A stretch of DNA of 64,000 bases from Parasphingorhabdus sp. GTDB lineage: Bacteria > Pseudomonadota > Alphaproteobacteria > Sphingomonadales > Sphingomonadaceae. Position numbers and translations under genes: made by a program. The stretch is taken from assembly GCF_036568145.1 (NCBI RefSeq), contig NZ_DATCTC010000015.1, positions 4,077 through 68,076 on the forward strand, in the 5' to 3' direction. The notes below the pieces were generated by a model. That model was not told the DNA's origin, did no database searches, and saw only the letters and a list, made by a program, of their open reading frames with translations. Of this stretch, positions 1-7,530 are shown piece by piece (position 1 is the stretch's first letter; each line of letters begins with the position of its first letter).

Positions 1-292
1 GGTTTTCGCCCCAGCCGGCAAATTTGCTGGGAACCTTGTCCCAATGGTTTGCGCCGCCGGGGCCTTCGATAATCTGGTTGTCGTTCAGCCGGAAAGACAG
101 CAGCACCGCCTTTTTCAGCCATTGATTGACGACCCATTTGTCGCCCTGTTTCTCTGCAACACGGGCGCTGCCATCGTCGAGTTTGGCCAGTGCAGCGTTT
201 ACCGCATCGCGTTCCTCGCCCTGGCTATTGATATTCAGCGATTCACGCTTGTCCCAAGCAGTTTCAATGGCGGCAATCAAATTGGCAGTCAT
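1..292 (-). CDS. dapD: 2,3,4,5-tetrahydropyridine-2,6-dicarboxylate N-succinyltransferase, N-terminal part (gene runs off the left edge)
   Basis: Absent from the ORF track because there is no stop in the window. Manual reverse translation from the ATG at 292-290 gives [62 protein letters not shown]. This tracks the E. coli DapD N-terminus ([28 protein letters not shown]). Confidence 0.85.
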   Translation of the reverse strand, partial: MTANLIAAIETAWDKRESLNINSQGEERDAVNAALAKLDDGSARVAEKQGDKWVVNQWLKKAVLLSFRLNDNQIIEGPGGANHWDKVPSKFAGWGEN

Positions 293-312
293 AATATTGC
301 GTCTTTCCTGTT

Positions 313-987
313 TTACTTGTTCAAATAGAGGCTGGACATCCAGCTTTCCAAATCGGGGATTTCATAGTCAATATAATCCGGTGCATGGCCGCGTGCGCCC
401 CACTCCGAACGGGTGTTGACCCAGATGGTCGTCATGCCCAAATCTTTTGCCGGGCGCAAATTGCGCGCCATGTCCTCGACGAATAAGGCGCGGGCGGGAT
501 TGATGCCGCAGGTGGTGATAAGGCTGTGATAAGCCGCTTCTTCCGGTTTCGGGACAAGATTGGTGGCCAGCACGTCATGAATCCGGTCAAACAGGCCGCC
601 AAGGCCGCGCTTTTCCAGAACCCGCTCTGCATAAGGCTTGTCGGCATTGGTGAAGACCAGTTTTTCGCCGGGAAGGGCGGCTATCGCGCTATAGAGTTCC
701 GGTGAGTGTGTCAGTCTGCTCATGTCAATATCATGGACATAATCCAGAAAATCCTGCGGGTCGGTGCCATGATGGTGCATCAACCCGGCAAGGGTAGTGC
801 CATGATCGTGGAAATAGCTTTTCTGTATCCGGCGCGCTTCGACAGGGTCGCAGTGCAGAGCCTGTGCAATATATTCGCCCATCTTAATATCGATCAGGGA
901 AAAAAGATCGCTTTCCGCCGGATAAAGGACGTTATCGAGATCAAAGATCCAGTGATCGATATGGGCAAATTCTGGTAGCATCGGCAA
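313..987 (-). CDS. HAD-superfamily hydrolase, pyrimidine 5'-nucleotidase-like
   Basis: 224-aa ORF. It has the N-terminal HAD motif I DxD ([10 protein letters not shown]) and later FTNA and EDMARN-type motifs typical of subfamily IA. Confidence 0.7.
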   Translation of the reverse strand: MPMLPEFAHIDHWIFDLDNVLYPAESDLFSLIDIKMGEYIAQALHCDPVEARRIQKSYFHDHGTTLAGLMHHHGTDPQDFLDYVHDIDMSRLTHSPELYSAIAALPGEKLVFTNADKPYAERVLEKRGLGGLFDRIHDVLATNLVPKPEEAAYHSLITTCGINPARALFVEDMARNLRPAKDLGMTTIWVNTRSEWGARGHAPDYIDYEIPDLESWMSSLYLNK

Positions 988-1043
988 AGCGCCTAATCAC
1001 TCCGCTGCATTACGGCAAGCGCTGATCGTCAAATGGCCAAAGG

Positions 1044-2972
1044 CTATGCCCGCGCGCCTTTTTCTTCTACGCTCGCGCTGTTATGCCGCAACGCTTTCAG
1101 CACGGTATCGACAATACCGTCGGCATCCAGCCCCGCTTCGGCATATTGGGCCTCCGGTTTGTCCTGATCCTGGAATATATCCGGCAAGCGCATGGTGCGG
1201 ATTTTCAGCCCTGTGTCGGTCAGCCCGGCATCAGATGCCATCGTCAGGACATGCGCGCCAAGTCCGCCAATCGCCCCCTCTTCAAGGGTGATAGCAACCT
1301 CATGGCTGGTCAGTAATTTGCGAATCAGTTTTTCATCCAGCGGCTTGGCAAAGCGCATATCCGCGACCGTAGTGCTAAGCCCCTTGGCATCCAGGCGATC
1401 TGCGGCCTTCATGGCTTCCCCCAACCGGGTGCCAAGCGACAGGATGGCAACCTTGGTGCCTTCGCGCACAATCCGACCTTTACCAATTTCCAGCTTTTCT
1501 AGTTTTTCGGGGATGGGGACGCCCGTGCCATTCCCGCGTGGATAGCGGAATGCAATCGGCCCATCGTCATATTCCGCAGCGGTATAGGTCATGTGGGCAA
1601 GCTCTGCCTCGTCAGCGGCGGCCATCACCACCATGTTAGGAAGGGTCGCAAGATAGGTAATGTCAAAGCTGCCGGCATGGGTGCTGCCATCCGCTCCGAC
1701 CAGTCCGGCCCGGTCAATCGCAAAGCGCACGGGTAGATTCTGGATCGCAACATCGTGCACGACCTGGTCATAAGCCCGTTGCAGGAAAGTCGAATATATC
1801 GCGGCAAACGGACGCATCCCCTGCGCGGCCAGCCCTGCGGCAAAGGTCACGCCATGCTGTTCGGCGATCCCGACATCAAAAGCACGGTCGGGATGGGCCT
1901 TTGCAAATTTGTCCACGCCGGTTCCTGATGGCATGGCTGCGGTAATCGCACAGATGCGCGGATCAGTGTCGGCCAGCTTGGCGAGCGTTTCGCCAAAGAC
2001 ATTCTGGTAAGCGGGCGGGCCGCCGCCCGGCCCCTTGTCCTGTTTGCCCGACACGACATCAAATTTGGCCACACCGTGATATTTGTCGGCAGCTTCTTCG
2101 GCAAATTTATAGCCTTTGCCTTTTTCGGTTACGACGTGGATCAGGCAGGGGCCTTCCGCTGCATCGCGGACATTTTCCAATACCGGGATCAAATGCTCCA
2201 GATTATGGCCGTCAATCGGGCCGACATAATAGAAGCCAAGCTCTTCAAACAAGGTCCCGCCCATCGTCATGCCGCGCGCATATTCATCCGTTTTGCGTGC
2301 CGCGTCGTGGAGCGATTTGGGCAATTTGCGGGCAAACCGCCGGGCCAGTTCCCTTATGCCAAGAAATTCGCGGCTGGACACAATCCGCGCCAGATAAGCG
2401 GACAGCCCGCCCACGGGCGGTGCAATCGACATATCATTGTCGTTCAGGATTACGACCAGCCGGTTGCCCGCGATCGACGCATTGTTCATCGCTTCATAAG
2501 CCATGCCCGCGCTCATCGCCCCGTCACCAATGACAGCAATTCCCCGCCCCGGTGCGCCTGTCATTTTATTGGCGACGGCAAAGCCCAGCGCCGCGCTGAT
2601 CGAGGTGGAGCTGTGCGCTGCGCCAAAAGGATCATATTCGCTTTCGCTGCGCTTGGTAAAACCGGAAAGTCCCCCGCCCTGACGCAATGTGCGAATACGG
2701 TCGCGGCGACCGGTGATAATCTTGTGCGGATAACATTGATGGCCGACATCCCAGATCAGGCGATCTTCGGGCGTATTAAACACGTAATGGATAGCAGTGG
2801 TCAGCTCGACCACGCCGAGTCCTGCGCCCAGATGGCCGCCCGTAACCGAAACCGCGTCAATGACTTCAGCCCGCAATTCATCTGCAAACTGGCGTAACTG
2901 CTCCGGTTCCAGCCGGCGCAGGTCCGCTGGCAAGGACACTGTATCCAGAAGTGGTGTTTTCGGACCTGACAT
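1044..2972 (-). CDS. dxs: 1-deoxy-D-xylulose-5-phosphate synthase
   Basis: 642-aa ORF with a TPP-binding GDGA..N motif ([19 protein letters not shown]), transketolase-like pyrimidine-binding and C-terminal domains, and a canonical Dxs N-terminus (LLD..P.DLR.L...L..LA.ELR). Confidence 0.95.
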   Translation of the reverse strand: MSGPKTPLLDTVSLPADLRRLEPEQLRQFADELRAEVIDAVSVTGGHLGAGLGVVELTTAIHYVFNTPEDRLIWDVGHQCYPHKIITGRRDRIRTLRQGGGLSGFTKRSESEYDPFGAAHSSTSISAALGFAVANKMTGAPGRGIAVIGDGAMSAGMAYEAMNNASIAGNRLVVILNDNDMSIAPPVGGLSAYLARIVSSREFLGIRELARRFARKLPKSLHDAARKTDEYARGMTMGGTLFEELGFYYVGPIDGHNLEHLIPVLENVRDAAEGPCLIHVVTEKGKGYKFAEEAADKYHGVAKFDVVSGKQDKGPGGGPPAYQNVFGETLAKLADTDPRICAITAAMPSGTGVDKFAKAHPDRAFDVGIAEQHGVTFAAGLAAQGMRPFAAIYSTFLQRAYDQVVHDVAIQNLPVRFAIDRAGLVGADGSTHAGSFDITYLATLPNMVVMAAADEAELAHMTYTAAEYDDGPIAFRYPRGNGTGVPIPEKLEKLEIGKGRIVREGTKVAILSLGTRLGEAMKAADRLDAKGLSTTVADMRFAKPLDEKLIRKLLTSHEVAITLEEGAIGGLGAHVLTMASDAGLTDTGLKIRTMRLPDIFQDQDKPEAQYAEAGLDADGIVDTVLKALRHNSASVEEKGARA

Positions 2973-3094
2973 ATTGTCTCCTGTTTCACCCTGACTTTAG
3001 CGATATTGGCCGGGTATGTCGAACTTTCAGCAGAAAGCTCCTTAAAATATCAATCTCTATATTTGCTGGTTGTGTAATTCCCGGAAATGCGGCT

Positions 3095-3553
3095 TCATCC
3101 GCACTTCTGGCAGATACCGCGCACCTCGATCACCGGACGGATCGACTTGAAACCCTGTTCCCGTGCAACAGCGCGAACCTTTGATGATAAGCTATCATCA
3201 TCAATATGGGTTGCCTCTCCGCATGTGTCACAGACAAGGAAAATACAATCATGTTCACAGCCGGGGTGGCTATTGGCCAGATAGGCATTGGCGCTTTCCA
3301 CCCGCATGGCAAGGTTGGTTGTCACGAACAGGTCAAGAATGCGGTAAACGCTATTGGGCGCAACACGCTTGCCGCGCGCAGCCGAAACCAGCTCTGCTAT
3401 GTCATAGGCAGAGGCCGGGCGCGAAAAACCGGAAAGCGCCTCAAATATAGCGGCGCGCGTGTCTGTCCATTTCTCGCCAGCCGCCTCCAGATTATGGCGG
3501 GCAGCATCGGCAAGAGATTCGCCGTGATGCTCATGATGCTCATGTTTTCCCAT
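3095..3553 (-). CDS. zur: Fur-family metalloregulator, probably Zur
   Basis: 152-aa ORF with a winged-helix region (SAYDIAELV..VYRILDLF) and two Cys pairs (C..CDTC and CQKC). The His-rich N-terminus HEHHEHH suggests zinc sensing. The Zur versus Fur/Mur assignment is an inference. Confidence 0.7.
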   Translation of the reverse strand: MGKHEHHEHHGESLADAARHNLEAAGEKWTDTRAAIFEALSGFSRPASAYDIAELVSAARGKRVAPNSVYRILDLFVTTNLAMRVESANAYLANSHPGCEHDCIFLVCDTCGEATHIDDDSLSSKVRAVAREQGFKSIRPVIEVRGICQKCG

Positions 3554-3608
3554 AAATGTAATTTAGGGATGTTGGCGGGGGAGGGCAAGTTTAATGAAAT
3601 TTATTGAA

Positions 3609-3910
3609 ACCTCAGGCGCCGGGCGGATTTTTTTTTGGACCTCAGGCGCCGGGCGGGCGCATCCGCGCCCTTGGCTTTCCTCGCATAAGCTCGGGCGCGC
3701 GGTCGCGCTTGCCTCGCTTCGCTCGGTTCGGCGCTCCCTCGAAGGGGTGCACAAGAGCGCAACCTAAAGAATATTCACCAGGCCGACGCGAAGCGGAGGC
3801 AAGGCCGACCGGCCGCCGCGCCTTATGGCGCGTAGCCAAGGGCGCGGATGCGCCCGCCCGGCGCCTGAGGTAAAACAAAGACTCCCCGGCGCTTGAGGTC
3901 CAAAAAATCC
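3609..3910. repeat. GC-rich long-hairpin intergenic repeat, copy A (inner unit 3639-3871 plus an outer duplicate of the terminal motif on each side)
   Basis: The unit starts ACCTCAGGCGCCGGGCGGGCGCATCCGCGCCCTTGGCT and ends with its exact reverse complement, giving 38-bp TIRs. The arms continue as imperfect complements. The same unit recurs at 22303-22517 and 38718-38945. Confidence 0.85.
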
Positions 3911-4134
3911 GCTGCGTGTGTTATAGTAAATATCTTCAACTATTCCCCTCAACCGTGCCATAAAAACAACAATAATTGCTTTTTTGTGTCGAATCTGTTA
4001 ACACTGTTGACGGTAAGCGGCTGGGCACTGGGGTGTTTGGTCGTTATATGTATGAACAAAAGGGTTTTTTCGTCGGGTTTTGAATCATTTAACCGGAATA
4101 ATCCTTCTCTTCCTTCAAGAAAGAAAGGTTTTTT

Positions 4135-4665
4135 ATGGCTGCAAATACGCTGTCCTTTGATGTGGGCGATTATGTTGTTTATCCTAAACACGGTGTCGGC
4201 CGGGTAATTGAACTGCAAAATGAAGAAATCGCTGGCATGCAACTTGAGCTTTACGTTCTGCGCTTTGAAAAAGAGCGTATGACATTGCGTGTGCCCATGA
4301 ACAAAGCGGAAGGCGTCGGCATGCGCAAGCTGTCTTCCGACAAGACGCTGAAGGAAGCGCTGGAAACACTGAAGGACAAGCCCAAGGTCAAACGCTCCAT
4401 GTGGTCGCGCCGTGCGCAGGAATATGAAGCGAAGATCAACTCCGGTGATCTGGTGTCCATCGCGGAAGTTACACGCGATCTGTTCCGTGCGGATGACCAG
4501 CCAGAGCAAAGCTATTCCGAGCGTCAGATTTTTGAAGCGGCATCCAGCCGCCTGGCCCGTGAGCTTGCCGCTATGGAGGAAACCGACGAGCCGACAGCTC
4601 TCGCGAAAATTCTGGAAATCCTGAATATTGCCGCACCGCAATATTATGAGGTCAAGGAAGCCTGA
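4135..4665 (+). CDS. carD: CarD-family transcriptional regulator
   Basis: 176-aa ORF. The N-terminal RNAP-interacting Tudor-like motif (F.VGD.VVYP.HGVG.V..L) and a helical C-terminal domain are the typical CarD/CdnL layout. Confidence 0.9.
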   Translation: MAANTLSFDVGDYVVYPKHGVGRVIELQNEEIAGMQLELYVLRFEKERMTLRVPMNKAEGVGMRKLSSDKTLKEALETLKDKPKVKRSMWSRRAQEYEAKINSGDLVSIAEVTRDLFRADDQPEQSYSERQIFEAASSRLARELAAMEETDEPTALAKILEILNIAAPQYYEVKEA

Positions 4666-4696
4666 TTTCCGCCAACCGGTTTTCAAATCCGATATC

Positions 4697-4730
4697 AAAA
4701 GGGCCGTCCTGAAAAGGGCGGCCTTTTTTT
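4697..4730 (+). terminator. Intrinsic terminator after carD
   Basis: Stem GGCCGTCC / GGGCGGCC (8 bp, one G-U pair) with loop TGAAAA, followed by T7. It lies 32 nt after the carD stop. Confidence 0.8.
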
Positions 4731-5053
4731 ATGGACTTTGGGTAGAGCCCACGGTGTGTGGGTGCATGGGCTGCCTTAAGAGAATCACGCCCTTCACCGA
4801 ATCGTTTTTCTATCGATTCGCCCCTATTTCGCTGCCTTTGCAGCCCTCAAATCCGTAAAAACCGATTAACCCTTTATAGTGGTTTGTCCCATTTCCGGAC
4901 ACTCGCAACATTGGACTGGTATCTGTTTTTCAGGCGTTTACCATTAGAACCATTGCAGGCTCAAGGTTACAGGGAAAGCCGCCCTCTGCGGGGCAAAGGA
5001 GTTTCAACCGGGCATATGATTTTCGGACTAGCTAAATCCGTATTTCCGCATTA

Positions 5054-5069
5054 TTAACGTTGCATTAAC
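5054..5069. promoter_or_regulatory. Candidate CtrA box (TTAA-N7-TTAAC)
   Basis: TTAACGTTGCATTAAC is an exact match to the alphaproteobacterial CtrA consensus TTAA-N7-TTAAC. It lies about 100 bp upstream of the first pilin gene. Confidence 0.4.
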
Positions 5070-5169
5070 AATATTTGGGGTGAGTCGGGTCGTGACTCCC
5101 ACAGGAATTAAGCGAGGACGTTGAGCTCACCAGGGTCCTTGGCGACGCAAGTAGTTATGAGGGGCACTC

Positions 5170-5709
5170 ATGCGATTTTTATTTTCGGCGAAAGCCGGGG
5201 TGGCGTTAGCCGCGTTGACTCTAGTCACGCCTGCTTTCGCCAACGAAATAGAAAGCGCGCGTTCATTTGACATCGCTGTCAGCGGGTCGATCAGCCAATA
5301 TTGCGCCATGGGCACAATTGCCGACATGGACTTTGGTAATCTTGAACGTCGGGGACTAAGTCGCCAAACGCCGGTTGCATTTAGTTGCAACATGCCATTC
5401 ACGATGACCATCAATGGTGAGAGCGGTGCGTTGACGCACACGACTATGCCAGGTGGTCAGGGGCCTTTTGGCGGTAAGCTTCCCTATTCGTTATCCATTG
5501 AACTGCCTGTGCGCCACCCGGCGCGGCAGGTGCTCACCAAATCTTTTAGCAGCCAGCAGTTACAGGCCGGCGGCGTTATTTCCAGCAACGGCGGCATTGC
5601 CACAGATGGCATGATCCTGGGCGTTGAGCTTGGCTTGCCTTCGGGTGAAGCCGGATTGCTGGCCGGAGAATATTCGGAGGTGATCACGATCACGGTCTCT
5701 CCGATCTGA
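5170..5709 (+). CDS. Secreted SCPU (spore coat U / Csu)-like pilin subunit
   Basis: 179-aa ORF with a GAGGGG RBS, a signal peptide ending AFA|NE, two Cys (QYCAMG, FSCNMP) and the C-terminal motif LLAGEYSEVITITVSPI, typical of Csu-type pilins. It is the first gene of a chaperone-usher cluster. Confidence 0.65.
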   Translation: MRFLFSAKAGVALAALTLVTPAFANEIESARSFDIAVSGSISQYCAMGTIADMDFGNLERRGLSRQTPVAFSCNMPFTMTINGESGALTHTTMPGGQGPFGGKLPYSLSIELPVRHPARQVLTKSFSSQQLQAGGVISSNGGIATDGMILGVELGLPSGEAGLLAGEYSEVITITVSPI

Positions 5710-5851
5710 GATTCGTTTGCGGGAATGATCCAGCAAACGGAATTACGCCGGAAGGGTAGGCATCGATGCCCCTCTGGTTTGCGACCCACCCGATGCGAAC
5801 GAAAGGCCGTGACCCATTAACAGGGGGCGGTCATATAAAAGGAATGAAGTC

Positions 5852-6604
5852 ATGAAAAATATCCTATCCGGCGCAGTTGCCGCTATCGCTCTCGTAGCCA
5901 TCTCGGCTCCTGCAGCAGCACAGACAAACGAACGTCACTATGCAAGCCCAGGTCCGATTCCGTACCAGTTGACCAACCCCGGCTTTTTGGGGACCATTGC
6001 TGGTGAACTCGGCGTACTCGCTCAAGTTGGAACGCGCTACACCGCGCAGGCTGATGCACCTGGCGATACCGAAACCGCTACACCAACCGTCAGCGTTGTG
6101 TTTAACCTGTCCGGTTCAGTCAACAAGGACTGTTCTTTCTACTCAGGCAACACACCTTCTGCACGTAACATCGACTTTGGTGTTATCGGCGTTCGCACCG
6201 GCAACAACGAGAATGTTAACGATGCGTTCGAAATGACTGGCCCTGCGGTTGCCAATATCGAATCGTTGACCGCTGGTTGTAACTTCAACAACGAAGTTGA
6301 AATCTCGAAAGACGATATTCGCGGTCTCGTGAACACTGCTCCTGGTGGTTTTGATACCAACCAGTTCCAGGCGAACATCCCTTACAGCGTAGCAGCTCAA
6401 TGGACGGGCGTTGCTCTGAACAACCAGGCTGCTGGTACGCCTCAGTCTCTGACTGTTGCAACCACTGCTAACGCTGCTCAGAAGCAGCAGGGTGCATGGC
6501 GTTCTGATATGCAGATCGACATCGTTGCTCCTGCAGTAACCGCTAAAGGTCTGGTCGCTGGTACCTATGAAGGCGTCACGACCCTGACACTGCGCGCACT
6601 TTAA
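5852..6604 (+). CDS. Secreted SCPU-like pilin, probable major subunit
   Basis: 250-aa ORF with an AAGGAA RBS, a signal peptide ending AAA|QT, two Cys (KDCSFY, AGCNFN) and the C-terminal motif LVAGTYEGVTTLTLRAL. A stem-loop follows it, as is usual after major-subunit genes. Confidence 0.6.
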   Translation: MKNILSGAVAAIALVAISAPAAAQTNERHYASPGPIPYQLTNPGFLGTIAGELGVLAQVGTRYTAQADAPGDTETATPTVSVVFNLSGSVNKDCSFYSGNTPSARNIDFGVIGVRTGNNENVNDAFEMTGPAVANIESLTAGCNFNNEVEISKDDIRGLVNTAPGGFDTNQFQANIPYSVAAQWTGVALNNQAAGTPQSLTVATTANAAQKQQGAWRSDMQIDIVAPAVTAKGLVAGTYEGVTTLTLRAL

Positions 6605-6624
6605 GCAGTATGAACTTTGAGAGA

Positions 6625-6652
6625 AGGGGGAAGAAAGTTTCTTTCCCCTTTT
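6625..6652 (+). terminator. Stem-loop/attenuator after the putative major pilin gene
   Basis: GGGGGAAGAAAG-TTT-CTTTCCCC followed by TTTTCTT. This is an imperfect stem with a bulge, consistent with partial termination inside the operon. Confidence 0.5.
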
Positions 6653-6711
6653 CTTAACTCTTTTGTGAAATACGCTTAAAAAATCTGGTAAAAATATTGG
6701 GGGCAAAGTTA

Positions 6712-7530
6712 ATGACGTTTTTGACGATATTGGGGCGGCGTGCGCGTGCTTCAGCATTATTGTTTGTCGCGGCTTTGGCTCTGACAGTCCCGGCGCTGAA
6801 CAGTCCGGCCTACGCCATGCGCGTTTCTCCCATGGTTGTTGAAATGGAATCCCGCGGGACAGATGCCACTGCCCGTATCGAGGTGCAGAATATCAATCCC
6901 GGCAATCTTGCTTTCGAAACCCGCGTGTTCCGGATGGCGATCGATGCAGAGGGAGAGATTACCGAAACACCCGCCGATGAAGATTTCCTGATATTCCCGC
7001 CGCAAGGCGTCTTGCCCGCCGGTGGCCGGCAAGTGGTCCGTCTGCAGTGGCTTGGCCCCGCAGAACCGGATAAGTCACAATCCTATTATGTATCCGTTGA
7101 ACAGTTGCCTGTTAAACTGGATCCGGTTGCTACCGAGCAGATCGGGGCGCAGGTGCAGATCCTCTATAATATGCGTGCGCTGGTTGTTGTCGCTCCTCCG
7201 GGTGCAAAACCCGATGTGTCTGCGACCAAGGTAGAGCAGGTTTTTTACCAGCCGCCCACACCGCCCGGTGCAGCGGAGCAGCCCGAAATGCAGGACGGGG
7301 TTGCCGTCACCCTAACCAATACCGGTCGGCGTCACGCCATGATGGCCAACTTTTCCTGGCAACTGGTTGGCACTGACAAGGACGGCAAATGGCTCCGGGT
7401 CGATGTTTCGCCCGAAGAACTGACACGTGCAGTGGGCACGGGCTATGTCCCGGCTCAGGGTGAACGTATCTTCCGCCTGCCAATTCCAGGATTCGGTCCC
7501 GGACCGATCAAGTTAACGTTCGGCCAATGA
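6712..7530 (+). CDS. Periplasmic pilus chaperone (PapD-like)
   Basis: The signal peptide ends PAYA|MR. The N-domain pattern is V.P..VE......A.I.V.N......F.. followed by FLIFPPQGVLPAGGRQVVRLQW, the PapD_N signature. The start was chosen at ATG 6712 (GGGGG RBS 8 nt upstream); the ORF track starts at TTG 6697. Confidence 0.8.
   Translation: MTFLTILGRRARASALLFVAALALTVPALNSPAYAMRVSPMVVEMESRGTDATARIEVQNINPGNLAFETRVFRMAIDAEGEITETPADEDFLIFPPQGVLPAGGRQVVRLQWLGPAEPDKSQSYYVSVEQLPVKLDPVATEQIGAQVQILYNMRALVVVAPPGAKPDVSATKVEQVFYQPPTPPGAAEQPEMQDGVAVTLTNTGRRHAMMANFSWQLVGTDKDGKWLRVDVSPEELTRAVGTGYVPAQGERIFRLPIPGFGPGPIKLTFGQ

Noticed and set aside
44-419. Plus-strand ORFs 44-328 and 126-419 at the left edge.
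   Set aside because: They lie antisense to the dapD N-terminus (1-292) and to the HAD hydrolase 3' end, both of which have clear homology-type motifs.
3604-3873. 60-90-aa ORFs inside the three repeat copies (for example 3604-3873, 3642-3878, 38662-38856, 38683-38913 and 22160-22411) that share peptides such as GFPRISSGARSR and ATRHKARRPVGLASASRR.
   Set aside because: The shared peptides only reflect the repeated DNA. Indels between copies shift the frame after about 25 codons, the starts are not conserved, and the composition is Arg/Ala/Gly/Pro junk. The conservation is at the nucleotide and structure level, not the protein level.
4968-5010. Possible c-di-GMP-I (GEMM-I) riboswitch in the pilus leader: ACAGGGAAAGCC ... 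GGGGCAAAGGAG resembles the CACAGGGCAAACC / GGGACGCAAAGCC motifs.
   Set aside because: The two motifs are only about 12 nt apart, with just a 4-bp hairpin between them. There is no room for the P1b and P2 helices and no tetraloop-receptor arrangement. The resemblance is limited to short purine-rich strings.
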